DNA from: Epiperipatus broadwayi
Taxonomy: Eukaryota; Animalia; Onychophora
Assembly (NCBI GenBank): GCA_028023455.1
Contig: JAQFVV010000001.1
Coordinates: forward strand, 7,254,001-7,318,000
DNA length: 64,000 bases
Direction of reading: 5' to 3'
Each line of letters starts with the position of its first letter. The stretch's first letter is position 1. A program made the translations under genes and the position numbers. The notes below the pieces were generated by a model that worked only from the letters and a program-made list of their open reading frames with translations, made no database searches and was not told where the DNA came from. This document shows, in pieces, positions 40,501 to 55,344 of the stretch.

Positions 40501-41817
40501 TCATAGTCACTTTCATTTTAAATATTTTGTTTCATGCAAGTATATTTCATTTTTATTTCAATGTTTATCATGCTTTTTCCTAGTTCATTTTAAAAATTAA
40601 TTCATTTTCTATTGATGTTAGAGTGCTTAATTCCACGCATAGAAATTTATGATATATTGATAATACTGTACAATAATGTTTAATCATTGAATTATAGAAT
40701 TGAAAGATGTATTATTCAAGTATTTTTTATTACACAATTTTATTGGGTAGTTTTAATTCTGTTACAAAAATATAACTTAATCCTTGTCATTTATAGCTTT
40801 GGGAATGTGTTCTTTATATATACAGTGTATATTTTGAGGAGTGTTTATTTATTGTATATTTTTCATATTGCTTCTTATATAGATGTCTCTTGAAGTCATT
40901 AGTGTTCCTCATTTATCCCCTTTTAATTGGTTTTATTGCTCTGCAGTTTTGATCAGTAGTAGAGTGGAAGACAAGGTCTATGGATTATAGCTCCAGCTCT
41001 TGCTTTTGGTGCTTTAACTTCTTTTGAACTCCCTAGAAATAAACTATTCAATTTTTTATTTTATTGGTTTTACAAAAATAATGTGATAATTGAAAAGCTG
41101 TGATGTGTTACTATTAATATGAATTCAAATATCTTTAAAAATTGTTCTTTTTAAATAGACTGCCAAGATTGTAAAAATTTTTTAATTTACAATGCTGTTT
41201 AAAAACAACTGCTATCAGAAGATAAAAAGTGAGAACAGGTTTTAATTAAATAAAAACAAAAGTAGAAAAAAGTCATAGCAATTTGTTTTTTTAAAAACAA
41301 AAAACGAATCATCCCTTTATAAGAAATCCATCTTCCTGATGAGAAATCATTTATTGAACATTTTCCACTACATCTTTTTATTTATTTATGTGTGTGTTTC
41401 TCCTTATTTTGTAGAAGTTATCATGAATTTACTCTGAATGTGATTCACTGTATTGGTACACATCCTTAGCATTCAAAATTTTATATCTGAAATTGTTTCT
41501 AAGTTACTTTCAATATATATATATATTATTCATTTATAGAGCAAGGTACATAATTGTGTATACAGGAAATAGTTAGAGCTGCTGTTAACAAGCATTATCT
41601 GCAATGGGTTTACAGGGATACAGTTCAAATAGGATGGTTAGGAGGTAGGTCATACCATCCCTGTCATCACAGCAGTAGGGGGAGAATCCGTCCTGACAAG
41701 GCCAGAAGTTGACAGCATATTTTTATTTAAAACACATTACCATATAGCTGGCTTGTCTCTTGCTGTTCATTTTGGGCTTTTACATTTTTTTCCAAATTAT
41801 TTTAATGTTATTATAAA

Positions 41818-42115
41818 TGTAGGGGATTTGAACTCAGACTTTTAAGCCCTTTCACTAGCCACGCTATCTCATATTATATTACTGATACACATGACCACAC
41901 ACATGCAAAAAAGATAAATAATCATCAATACACGTATTTCGTGCTCAACCAGGACTCATCAGTTGGTCCAGATTCCCATCCCACATGCATATATATAATC
42001 AGTGCTCAGTCTATATTAAGATAGTAAATCCTTATGGACAGACCTCAACCCACTCCAACTTCCAGCTCTTCAGCCATCTATACCATTGAAAATCTGGTGA
42101 TAGAATTCTCAAATC
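41818..42115. mobile_element. Family 2 element, copy 5 (single arm)
   Basis: tgtaggggatttgaactcagactttt...; aligns with the long arms of copies 2 and 3. Confidence 0.8.
41924..41967 (-). ncRNA. Type I hammerhead ribozyme (family 2), core intact
   Basis: Minus strand accaa CTGATGA gtcc tggttga gcac GAAA tacgtg TA ttgat; G10.1-C11.1 pair present. Confidence 0.75.
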
Positions 42116-42514
42116 CTATGTTGATGCCAATATTGCTGTCATGCCCATGTTGACTTGAAGTCACTCTGACTTTAGTAATTTATATTCAAATACAGCCAAC
42201 TCAAAATTACTTTAATGGGTTTATTACATTGACAGATATATGTGTATAGTTACATAATTCACTATCATTACATTTTAAAAATTATAAACTGCACTATAGC
42301 AAAACAGCAATATGCTATAGAATGTGTTTGTGGGTATTTATATATAAATACTTGTGTGTATTTATATATAAATACAAAAGAACAGCTTTCATAGACTTAA
42401 AAATAATGAAAACTGATCATAATTAGTAAAGTTAATAAAATAACTTTTTAAATAAAAAATATAAACACCTGTTTAAAAGCCTAATAAATTCTTCAAGTCC
42501 TGCGTGTTTGATGT

Positions 42515-42660
42515 CGTGATAGAGTGGCAGACTCTGGAGTTCAAAGTCCAGGGATTGTGATTCCATTCCGTCATTTCTGTTGCTCTATATTTCCTGAGCA
42601 GTAACCCATTCAATTATATAATTATTTATCAAATCTAATAAAGGAGAATATCATTGATTC
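42515..42660 (+). mobile_element. Old tRNA/CORE(MIR)-like SINE remnant
   Basis: gatagagtggcagactctggagttcaaagtccagggattgtgattcc followed by a degenerate CORE-like tail; similar remnant at 62015-62150. Confidence 0.35.
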
Positions 42661-45600
42661 AGTATCTTCACAGTTGTGTAATTTGTAAAATGTGCAATAA
42701 GTATTGTATTGCATCATCATGAATACCCAAGTTCACCCCCCCTCCCCATCATGAAATAATCTGGAATAAAATTTGATATTAACCTAATTATTAATTAGTA
42801 AGAATTTTGATAAAAGTAATTTGCTTTTTATAATTCTAATATAAATGAATAGCTGAAAAATTTTTTCCTTGATTTATTTCAGAGACAGTTGAAATACTGA
42901 ATGACATATTGCTAATAAGACATCTCCTTTACAACGATTATTGCTAAATCTTATCCTGACAAAAATTGCTATTATTATTATCATATTGCTATTTTTAATT
43001 TTAATATGTGGCATTTTTTTTTACAAATTTTTCATAGACACTTCTAAAAAAAAATAAAGAAAAAAAACCCAACAAATTTCAACATGAAAAACACAATAAA
43101 TTCCACTGAGCTCACAATTATATCAATACTGTTGATTTCAATATTCCTGGCACTGTCAGTGCAAGCACACTTAAACAATATTGTCATCATTACTTTGTAC
43201 AATTATTTATTCTCCAGCACATTTGTCTTACAATCCTTGCTGATATAGAATTTTTCTAGCACTAAAATTCTTTTAATATATTCACTCATTTTAAACATAA
43301 AACAATGTTTTAATTCAGTGGATGCTAAGTTTATTATCAGTAAATAATAATAATAAAGCTTGAAATTTTTTTATCTTTAATATTTATTGTGATATGAAAA
43401 GTCTATTCAACTTACTTCTGCATACTGTGCAGTAAATATTAAAGAATTGCATATGACTTTTGGCCCTCAGTTTACCACCTCTACCATGAGACAGTCATCA
43501 GTATTGATAAATTTATATTTAGATTTTTTTTATTTTTAAATTTGAAATATTATTCATTGTATAAATCATTGAGTATTAAAATTAGGAAATGTATTTTTTT
43601 CTTCCAAGCCTCAACTTTTTCCAGATTGCCAAGATAAGTAACTTAATTGAAATTAAAGAATTTTGCACTTTCTTTTTAGATTTGTATGATTATTATATAT
43701 ATATATATTTCCAAGCACTTAGCTGATTTTAATATTTATGGACTTTATATAGTTCAGCATATGTTTTGTCAATTCTTTATTTAAACTTGTATTCCAATAA
43801 AAAAAACTTTTTAAGTTCTAATTTTTTTTTGTTTTGTGATTGGGAATTTAGAGATTGTTTTATTCTTTATAGTAGCCAAGATAATTTTCTGTATTTTTAT
43901 TAAGAGAACATGATTCTCTATAATATTTTAAATAATCAATTATAGTTATTTTTAATACCATTTAATGAAGTATATTTTAGTGTAAGGTAAATTGGTGACA
44001 ACTGAAATTAGAATATTTTTATGCTTTACTATAAATTTTGTGTTCTGGAAATTTTTTTATGTAAATTGTGCATAGGATTTTACATTTTTGTTAATTTTTT
44101 CTTCTTACATTTGTGATTAGATATTTACTGTAAGTGTGAATGGAAAATATTTGATTCATTATTATTTTTGATAAAGAGAAACTAAGTTTATTTTTACTGA
44201 TAAAATTTGTTGAAATAAGCAGTATCATTGATTATTTCCTTGATCCACCACAAGTATTTAAGTAATTTGTTTATAATTTTGCAGACAGGTTCTTATCTGT
44301 TTAATGGATGTCTTAAGATAAACTCACTATTATCCAATAATTTCCTACTAATTTTTTCTTCTATAATGTGTAAAGAATTTTAGATAGCTGAGATAAGTAG
44401 ATATTGAATAATATATATTCGCAGAGGCATTTGTAACAAAAGGGAGGAAAAAATATTAAACAGTTTAGAATATGCATATGAAAAAGTTTGTAGAATGCTA
44501 TAAAAGGTAAGAAAATGAAAAAGATGTTAAGAATATAATATTAAGAATGAAGAAATGTTGGAAAAAGTTCATAGAAAAAAGTAACAAAGGATCATTAGAA
44601 ATAAGAAATTTGTAAATATATATTAGAGAATATTTATGTGGACATAGAAAAGAACAGCATGATGAATGAATATCTTGAAGAATCAAAATAAGAAAATATG
44701 ATTAAATCATAAAAAGCTACTCACAGCTAAAGCATGAGAAAGTCTTTTTGTGTATTTATATCTATAATAAGTTGAATCAATCTGTTTTTATATCTACAGT
44801 ACTTATAGATTGATGACTTACTATATATAAATAAAAAATATATGCTTACCACACAAATACAAGTGATTTATTAAATGTTGATAATTGATATAAAATTAAA
44901 ATGTTAATGAAGTATTTTTCAAGCATATTTGTTGGGTTTAAAAGTGCAAATGCTGTCTTTATAACTTTTTTTATAATGTCTTGTTGCTATTTTTAAATAA
45001 GTTTTCATTACTTCCTTTTAAAATATTTGATTACTTTGTCACTTTCAGTATTATTTGGCATCTAATACGTTATTTTTTTATTATGGAAAACTATTTTATT
45101 TACTATTTCTTTCTTAGCCCTCAGTCATAAAAATATGAATATGATGATCTATTAATAAGTATCATTCTATTTAAATATATGTATTAATATTTATAGTTTT
45201 TCATGTTTCTAAGATATTTATGTTGAAGAGGTCATTATGTTTTGAGGAAGCGTTTAAAGAAGGAAGTGTTTAGTAACGATGTTATACATTGATAAGATTT
45301 CTGCTGAGGAATACATGTGCTGTATGTAGCAGCCATTTAGCAAACTTAGAAATTTTATTTTGCACAAAGTTGTTTATTTTAATCTGAGTTTGTAAAAAAA
45401 TTAGAAATATATTCACTTTAATAATTATGCAAGCACTTATTTCTACCACTCAAGAGACTCCCCGGGAAGGTAAGAGTAGTTGAATAGGAAGTATTCGATT
45501 TTTTATTAACTTAGTTAAAACAATGTTATTAAGAAAAAAAAATCAGGTTGTTTTAAATTTATTTCACTTTTATAATAAAAATAGTTATATTGCTCTGAAA

Positions 45601-46687
45601 AACAAATATAATCATTTGCAATTATATATTATTTTCATTACCCTTTTCTACGTATACATTTAATTTTTAAAATCGGCAAAAAATTATATTGAACTTGTTT
45701 AAAACAAAGTTTTGTTAAGATTGTTGTCAAAAGTTCATCTTTGTCTGCCCTGATAATTTATGAAAGCAGACAAGTGAAAAAATGGCTAAATAAAGTGGGG
45801 GTGGGAGGAGATTTAGGGATGGAGAAAATGACATCACTTTTATGTTCAAACGTTAGAAAATAAATGTATTGTTATATGTGATACTTTTTAATGCCATTCA
45901 AAATTAAAATGAAATCATCATAATTAACCTTGGGAACGCTACACATATTTGCAAGTGCGTATGCAATTTGCTCTTTATGAATTTAATTTGCTTAAACTTT
46001 TAACTCTTTATTAAATGATAATTGGGTGGAAAAAAACAAGGTAAAGAAGAAGTCTGACTGAAAGGTCAAGGTATTGGTGGTCAAGATCTTGAGAAAAAAG
46101 TTTGCATTGAAGTGCTTTTATAATTAAATAAATGGAAATTGTTATTTAAACTAAAGTTTACATTTTGTTTATGCTTCAATTAAGTTTAATAATATAATTG
46201 TTTTTTTTTTTTAGCATCAAAATATTGGTCATGCTGCAATATTTGATTATCTTAGTTATTTGTTATTGCTTATGATATTTATATAGTTTTATCATTTATT
46301 TAGAACACGGATTTCTGGTGAGCCAGAAAGGGTCAATTGATTTGTTTGCTAAGGATAAGTGAATGTGATTATTCCAAAGAATCATTTGGAAGTCAATGCG
46401 TTTTAAGGATGTAAAAGAGTTCTTTTTAAAACGAAATTGAATCAGACAACTCACTATAAATAAAAATATTATTTAATACATCAATATATAGAAGGTAACA
46501 TTATGGATAAATTTTAACATTGAAATTTGATCGTTTAAAGTATTACCTGAAATAAAGGAACTAAAGTGATCGGAAAATAATATCAAACCATCAGCATTAA
46601 TTATTACTGTTATTAGGTGTTATTTTAATTGCTACCTGCTGCCACGTATCTCATACTAGCACATCACACATAAATTCATCAGCTGTT

Positions 46688-47000
46688 AAATAAAGGGATT
46701 TGAACTTAGGATTTTCAGTTATATTTACCTCTACTCCATCTCAAACAACCGATACACATGACCACACATGTGAAAAAGATCACTGATTCACAATATACGT
46801 ATTTTGTGCAGAACCAGCACTCATCAATTGGGTCAGATCACAATCTCCCACACATATATACAAATAGTGTTGGTCCCACTGATACTGTACGAACTACATA
46901 TATTGGGGATCATTTATATTTTTCACGTGTGTGTGGTCATGTGTATTGGAGTGGAAGATGAATATAGACTGAAAATCCTAAGTTCAAATTCCTCTATTTA
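46688..47000. mobile_element. Family 2 fold-back element, copy 6
   Basis: aaataaagggatttgaacttaggattttcag ... ctgaaaatcctaagttcaaattcctctattt; HHR at 46789-46832 (-) with perfect helix II and TACGTA but C3T and G12A. Confidence 0.8.
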
Positions 47001-50000
47001 CTATAGTAAACATTCAGCATACTGAATGAATAGGTTAATTATCAGCAGTTAATTTAAAACATATGTCATGGGGCTGTACTGTTAAATAGAGAAAATCACA
47101 TGTAAGATATTCTGCATAATTTTTGAAGTCTTTATTGTGTGCAGTATCTAATAGTGGCACATAGTATTGTGTAACATTTAAACTCTTCTGAATTTTAATC
47201 ATAAGAATTTTTTTGTTGTTGTAAAATATACATTTACTGTCTTATTTTTGTGAAAACAATCAATTTTTCTTAAACATTTTACGATTTTAGGCCATAATTG
47301 TATAACCACTAATAAATAATAAATTTCATTTTAAAAATATCATAAATTATATTTAAACATTTTTTTTTTATGAAACATGGATGTGTTAATTTATTTTTAG
47401 TAATAAAATTATTTATAAACTTAAAAACGACTATTTTATTGAATGCTATCTAATTAATTTCTTGGTGATTTGTGATACTGGCATTATAGTAACTTTGTAA
47501 TTTTTATAGGTTATAGCAATTAAGAGTTAAATCAAGGGATAACAGCAATATCAAGTATTATTGCTTAGTTGTAGTATCTAGTTGCTTATACTTCAACTTA
47601 CCTTCAAGCAGAGTAACTATATTAAAAGTTGAGGGACATACTTGCCAAATTTATTTTTATTAAATTTAAATTATTGATTTCTTTTGAAGAGGATGTTATG
47701 TATATTATGAAGAGGTAGTGCAATAGATTATGAATAAAATACTCCGATATATAACATTCTACATTGTTATATTCACTGGATTTTTACAAGTTCAAAGCAT
47801 AATAGTTTGATTTTTTCTATATTAACTAAATAAAAAGAGAACTCCACATTTGTAACTAATTGAAAATCATCCAGGAATGAAAATAATCTAATATTTCTTT
47901 TTATTCAATGTTTTCTTATATGTATATCTGTATATCTTGGTGCCACTAGGCTATCCAAACCTAGATAGTTACCTTAGATACCTACTTATACTTGTACCGG
48001 ATTTGAACCTCAGTTGGTACATTATTTATAACAGTGTGTAGGATTTTCCATTTTATAACAACATCATATACACTTGTATTAAGGGAAAAATATCCTTATT
48101 ATTCTTTAGTTGTGCAAACAAATTCTCAAACAAATTATCATATAAGAGTTTAACATCAAAAATTCATATTTAATATTATCATAAGTGGTGCTAGCTCACA
48201 TTTAATACTATAGATTATCAGATGCTTCGATGGTAGTCATATCTCTTATGATGGCTCACAAATAATAAAACACACTGAGAACCATTATTTATAAATGGTC
48301 ATGAAAAACATTTATTCAGACTGTTGATTAATAAGATGATGGATGCTTCCAGCCACATCTTTACAATAACAACACAAATTTTCTTTTACCAATCTATAAT
48401 TATTTACCAACATATTGTTATATTTAAACTATGTCTTAAAGATTGACATTTATCAGTGATGATGATGACTAAATTAACTTCACAAGACAATGATTAACTC
48501 TTAAGAAATATATATCCCTCTGTTAATAAAACAAATTAAAATTTATTATTGGTCAATCATTAATAATACAAATAGAAAATTTACATAATTAATAATAAAA
48601 TTAACTACCTTCAGATAATAATGATAATAACCAAAAATCTCCCCCCCTCCCCGTAATGAAACTTAAATTCAACCGTTAAATTTGTGTATATTCATATCTC
48701 TAATGGATGAATAGAAAATCTTATATCATTGGAACATTTTAATTTTAAAATAAACACCCAATACACACACATACTTGTGTATTGTATATAACATATATTT
48801 TTATATTTGTAATCTTAGAAATAATAAAAAAATAAGTAGAAAAAAGTTAGTTAAATTATAAAGATAAGAATATCTAAAGAAAATGGTTTTTCAAATTATG
48901 TATCTCAATTTCCATTAATCTAGGTTACTTAATTACCTAAAAAAAATCTCTCATGATGCTAAATTTCTATCCTTATTGGTTGGTACATTTATACTTAACA
49001 ATTATTCGTGTAAGCATATATATGTCCCTTGATGTGTGTATTGTTCCCATGATTAACAAAATTTGTATTCAACTCTTATATATAACATGAATAACATATT
49101 TTCATGATACCTGAATTAATACATAATAAAAACATTTTGTAATAAAAAATACATATATAAATGGTTATGTGTAATGATAATCGAACAACACATCATATAT
49201 TGATAAAGTCAGTATTCATAATTATTGAAAAACCTTTTCTAATAATTAATTGGTATTTTTAATAGAGAGAGAGATAAACTGATTTATTTAAAAGTATTGA
49301 GAAAACAAAATTAAAATTACTGAGTTCTTTTATTCTCAATGTAGAGACAGTTTCAATGATTCTGTTTAATTTGACTTTGAAATCAGCTTGTTTAAGGTTG
49401 AGAATTTGAATTCAGTCACATACCAATGTTTAACACATGTAGATTTATCAATTGCAATGGTTTACTGAAAAAGTTCTATTTTTGGCTTAGGCTTGCAATT
49501 CTTCTGTTTTATTGTAATGATGACGATGCTGTGAAATAAATTGTTTCTTTAGGGACCGACCATTTTAGCACTGGAATAGTTTCTTCATTTCTTCTGCTCT
49601 GGATATGACTGGTTTAATATAAATTTCAGAAATTTTTTGCTTTTATTTGAATTCAGCAATTGCATAGGTGAAACAATAAACTTCGAGATCAGCCATAGGA
49701 TGCTATTTGCTATTTCCATTTCAGATTTTAATTCTTCCACATGCATAAGAGTTCTTTGGGATAAGTCACTGGGACCTGCCAACAAAATATCCATCTTACC
49801 CACCATGACTGTAGGAACCTTTAAATATAAAAACAAAATGATGTGTGGTTTCCAAGAGGCAATCAAATTTATTCTGCCAAACTGTCTTATTTTTCAGACT
49901 ATATATACGCTAGCCTGTCTGATAATATCACACATATTTTGTTACTGAAACACCTGGTCATTTATAAATTATATTTTATCAGTGCAGCTGGGTACATTCT

Positions 50001-50699
50001 TTTTATCTCTATAATTTTTCAAAACTTATTATTTGGTATGGTCCAAAATGATCTGGGTCTCTTGGTAATTATAATAACTGATTAATGAGTCTTTGTTCTC
50101 ATCCTCCCACATTTCTGACATTGATGTTATGTCAATATTGACCTTACCTCTCATGACCTGTAGATATTAGCTAGACATCAGCTGGACATGAGCATGAAAC
50201 CTTTTCTGACCCCTTTCACGTAAAACAAGAAAAATTTGTTTTAAATAATATATAAGAAAACAAATTTTTATACAGAAAATACAAATTATTTAAAAACTCT
50301 TTTATCTCTGTAAATGTTTAAGTTTGTATTTGTATATACACGCATATATATATATTCAAGTATATAAAACTTGCTTATCAAAAAATAATCTGAAAGCTAT
50401 AGGTTATTAATATCATTAGTATTAAAGTTATAAAATAAATTAGTAATGACAAAGTATTAAAATCAAAGCATTATTAAGATATACATTAAACATAGAAAGT
50501 CAATAAGTAGACTTAGAAAAATATCTCATGGAGTTTATGTCTACAGACATTTATATATGCTTAATATTTTTAATTCTTAAATACAATTATCAAACTATTC
50601 ACTGTCCACTTTCACTAACAAAATTAGTTGAATGGAATAAAAATATTTCTCCCACTTTCCTTCTGAGGTCTTTGGGAATTGGTTATGTAGGGTTTGAAC

Positions 50700-53250
50700 T
50701 CTATATTGAAACAGTAAGATTCACATTCGAATCTTAAGTTTCACCTTTTCTATCGTCTCTCACCCACCACTCTATCCTACCCAAATTTAAACTTTTTTGG
50801 TATCGAATTGTGTGTGTAGCAATATTAAAAATGAATAAATATATGTAAAATCCTCCATAAACACACACACATTTCGATAACAAATTTAAAGCAATAGATA
50901 AAAATAATTAATGTAATTTGTATTTTTTTTAGTATATAAAAATATATAATTTTAACCATTTATTTTAAATTATAAAGTTCGTTATTTATTGCTTTGTTTA
51001 AATTTCATTTAGTAATAATTTTAGAAATAGATTGTAATATTTAATTAAAAGTAAAAATAATCGTATGTTCCCTTTTGTATTTGAAATTTTAAAAGTAACG
51101 GTCGGTGAGAGATAATAGATTAATTAAAAAGAAAAATTCCCTAAAATCTAATTACCAAAAATGTAAATGTAAAATTAAATGTGAACAATAGTAAAGCAGC
51201 TTTCTATATAAATTAAACGTATAAGAATGTATTGATTATCCCCTGGGCAAATGATTGAATCCAAAAATAAATATAACAAAAAGTAAAAAGATAAGATCAA
51301 GAAAGGAGGACATTTTGGACTTTCTCAGAACTTTCAGTTGAACTTTAGCTGTGCTCTCGATCAGTTGAGAGTCTCCAAATATATATATATATATTGATTT
51401 ACTTGCCACAGTATGCGTGAGTAGAAAGTGCCAAAGACTTCTCCCCAGAGATGGTCGATTGTTTGCCACGAACCTACGCCCGTTGCCCTCCATAAAATCA
51501 ACCAAAAGGATCTGCTGCCCACAATCAGAAAGCTGCTGCTAATATTCAAATAACTAAATCACCTAAATGCTGGAAAGAACTGCTACTGCTGGTATCATGA
51601 ACAATTTGCTATTGACCACTGATTCGGAAAACTTCTCATAAAACAGGTACCTGTACTACCCAAGCTCTAGAGTACTCTACTAATATCACGCTATAGCTCA
51701 TTCTTTATATAACTTATAAACTGTAAAATTCTCATTTGTAAAACTATAAATTTAATAATTAATTTATTATGTAAATTTCGTTAATAATCTAGCTTGCCTA
51801 ATTCTATCTTTCTTGGGTACGTATTTCTAAATTTTACATTTATATTATTTAATTATAGCATGCTCATAATTTTCTTAGTATAAATCTATGATTGCTTGAA
51901 ACAGTGGATACGTGTCAAATCTTCATTAATATTTACTTCCATAAATAACTTAATATTTTCATATAAATCAACACGTATTCAATGCTTCATTTATTGTAAT
52001 GCAGGGGTCTACAACTTAATAAATGGCTGCCATATTAGTCATTAATACTCACTTAGCTTACCTATTGTTTTTATATTTTATTAAAATTTATGTAATAATT
52101 CCGTAAATTACATTTCTTTGAGAGTCGCAAACGTTCTTTATTAAATGTGATAATGTAGAGCCGAGTTATAAAAATATATTTCAATCTTAGCAGAATAGTC
52201 CATAAATTATACATGTGTTATGTTTTAGAGACGTGATGACTTATTATAAGCCTTGAATGCTCCAGATTCTTTAGGATTTAAAATAATCCCAGTCGTCCTA
52301 CAAAAGCTGACAAATGAATGTCCCATAGGACTTGACGACCATCACGCAGCCCGGAAGCAATCGTGGCACGAACCACTTGCCCCTGGTTATGCTTATGTGA
52401 CATCTTATCTCTTTGGGCCTACGGCAAATGCCAGCCCGTTGTTCTAAACTCATCCACGGCTTCGCAGTTTCAATATACTGCCACCCTTATATCGCCTTTC
52501 TAGACGTACCACGTGTTTCTTCATATTAACTTTATTATTCAATGTATAACTCCGTCTCTGCATTAGTGACATAACTCACTCTCAAATAAATGTTTGCCCA
52601 TAGTAATTAGTAAATATCTTATTTAATTAAATAAATATATGTCCGCCACTACTATTATAAATCCTAATTTAGACTCTTGCATTGCAAAGATATAAACCCC
52701 GAAGGCATGCTCTTGAAATACTTGCTCGAGAATTTAGGCAGCTAGATTACGTCAGCTATATAAATAAATGTATCTCTTTAATATCTAACAGTATCGGAAA
52801 ATCCCGCTACTGATATTTTAAATCTTACCAAATATTATTAGTTAAATGATTTATTATTAAAATGTTTTAAATAAATAATTTCAAACTATATGTCTGCCGT
52901 TACATCTTTATTTATTCGATACCCATTCCATATAATATTTCCTCGATTCTGTAAAATATAAATATTTAATATTAGTGTTATTATTGGCTAACTCGAAATA
53001 AAATTCTTGATTCTCTTGCATCTCCCTGATCACCGTGCCTAAAGAAGTATTTACTAATGTAACATCAGCTGCGTTGTTTCGTAGATTGTATTGTGGAACC
53101 GATAAACTATGTTCGAACTCAATACTACGGGTAGCTTCGCTATCTAGATGGTGCTGCAGTTCTGTGTGGTGGTCGAATTCTGCACTATGTTAAGGAATCA
53201 CATGTTTCTGACCGTTACAATATCCTACAGCTTAATGTAATCACTGTGTT
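50700..53250. promoter_or_regulatory. CpG-retaining region, possible promoter/5' end of a host gene
   Basis: CpG visibly more frequent than in the flanks; CCGGAAG, CCACGTG and AGATGGTGCTG motifs; no convincing CDS. Confidence 0.3.
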
Positions 53251-53890
53251 CCAAGAAACATAAGCACCTTATTTATACATTTAACAACAACAAAAAAAAA
53301 TTTTTTTTTTTACTTTATGCATTACACAATTGCAATGGAGTCACAAGGCTAAATTGGAATGTGTACATTTTTTGTGATTAAAAAAACTGCTAATTTTAAT
53401 TTATTTTTATATTAGTATAAATATGGGTAATTCATTTAAATTAAGAATTAGGTTTAAAAAAGAGTTGGAAATCATTGGTTTAAAGTTTGACCATAAAATA
53501 AACGGCCATCAAAAGAGTGAAGTTAAATGTAAAACATCTATAGTCAATTATAAACATGTATTTTTAAAATGAAAGATATAATTAAACCATATGCTTCATT
53601 ATTGAAACTATACAAATTTGTTTCTTAAAAAATAATAGTAAATACTTAATTATATTTATACTTAATTATGTTTATAATAATAATGTTTTAAATTCATTGC
53701 CAGTCATCTTTGACATATATTTCAGAATAAACGAGATCTATATGCATGCATATTTATTTTGTGTGCATGTTTATATATATAAGAAATAGAAATTAAATTA
53801 TTTTGACCTTATTTATATTAAAAGCTACTCATTGTAAAAAATTTTTTTTTTTTTTTTTAAAAAAATTGTCTATTGGTAGTAATTGGGAAG

Positions 53891-54466
53891 TGTAATATAT
53901 GCATTTTGAAATTAAATGTACATACGAAAGTGTCTTATTCTAAATATTTTATTGTAAAATCTTTAAATTTTGCTACTAATATTTTAATCATAGACGTTAG
54001 CTTAAAATGCAATCAATTGTAACAAACTAATTAAACAGATAACGAAGGAATTTAATTAGCAAAACCTAATTTAATTAAATCCCGCCTTAATTTATGAGTT
54101 ACTCCAGAAAACAAAAGAAAGCAAACCGATAAAAGGGGGGCCATTTTGAAAAGATAAAACAGATTGAGTACAGAGTGTTTTAAGTGAATTCGAGCAGAGC
54201 ATCCGTTGCAAGAGAACAGCGTGGGAATTGCGTATTACCCTCATTGAGAAAGAAGAGAAGTTAGCCGTAGAAACTATACGTTCAGAATTATAGTGCGAGT
54301 ATTCGTTATCATGTGTGTACATAGTGTACTTTTCTAACACAGCTCGGTGGGAATCAGAACTTTGTATAAACTGTAAATTAGTTAGCATCGAACTGTTTTG
54401 AGAATTAAACTAACTAGTTCGCAAATTAACTTTTGTGTGCAGTAATTGAAGAAACAATACACTGCA
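53891..54466 (+). repeat. 5' LTR
   Basis: tgtaatatatgc...caatacactgca, 576 bp; roughly 95-96% identical to the 3' LTR by manual count. Confidence 0.95.
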
Positions 54467-54469
54467 ATC

Positions 54470-54479
54470 TGGCGCAGTC
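54470..54479 (+). promoter_or_regulatory. Primer-binding site, tRNA-Ser-like
   Basis: TGGCGCAGTC 3 nt after the 5' LTR; matches the start of the tRNA-Ser PBS of Drosophila 17.6/297-type elements as recalled. Confidence 0.7.
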
Positions 54480-54530
54480 AAATTAGTCGAACCTAAAAAC
54501 CACAGTGAATAACCAGCTATTAATAATAAA

Positions 54531-55340
54531 ATGTCAGTTTTTGGACAAAACTCTATTGGAGAGTTCGACGTGGAAAACACGGCTGATTGGCCACTATACC
54601 TGTCACAAATCAAAAAATTTTTTCATTTTAAATGGCATTGAAAGATAACAAGTGGAAAGTAGCTGCCCTCTTATGTTTCTCGGGAAAAAAATTATTGAAA
54701 TCGCCAATAAATTATACCAAAATCCCGTAGATGAGAATGTACCATTTAAGGAATTATCCCAATGGCTAAACAAATTTTTTAGCCCTCGCCCATCCCGCCA
54801 TATAGCATGCCTACAGTTAAGAAATAGAAAACAACTAAATAGTGAAACAATCAAACAATATAATTTAGCTCTCAAGGAGCTAGCGAAAGATTGTGTGTAT
54901 GGTGATTTCGTAGAAGAAATATTATTAGATCAACTGCTATGGGGAATGTCTGATGACAGGCTCAGACAACAGCTGTTAACAGAGGCAGACCTAACCTATG
55001 AAAGTGTTATAAAGAAAGGAATAACGTATGAGCGGATTCTAGGACAGGCACAGGCCTTCAGATTAAAAGATAAAAATTACGAGCAAGTTTTCAAAACTGA
55101 TAAAGCAGAAATACGTTCGTTTCAACGGGAACCCCAGAGAAATAACAATTAAATGCTACTGCTGCGGGAACAGGCCACATAGCTAAAGACTGCAAATGGA
55201 AACAAGAAACGTGTTTCAAATGCCGAACTAAGGGCCACCTTGCACGTGCATGCAGACAATCACCAGAAAGGGATAGTCGACAAAGGAAATATAATCCAGA
55301 CCCAAATGGTAGAGCATATAGTATTAAATATATATCTACC
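54531..55340 (+). pseudogene. gag: Gypsy Gag (capsid plus two CCHC zinc knuckles), frameshifted
   Basis: MSVFGQNSIGEFDVENTADW...; FFSPRPS..RKQLNSETIKQYNLALKELAKDCVYGD..DQLLWGMSDDRLRQQLLTEADLT; CYCCG-TGHIAKDC and CFKCRTKGHLARAC. Confidence 0.9.
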
Positions 55341-55344
55341 AAGG

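Noticed and set aside
45427-46317. Possible micro-exons MQALISTTQETPRE (donor at ~45470) and EHGFL (~46304-46317)
   Set aside because: Such signals arise by chance at this length; no homology support
49480-50230. GC-richer stretch with overlapping ORFs and a GPYQII motif suggestive of integrase
   Set aside because: No frame gives ordered integrase or other domain motifs; cannot assign
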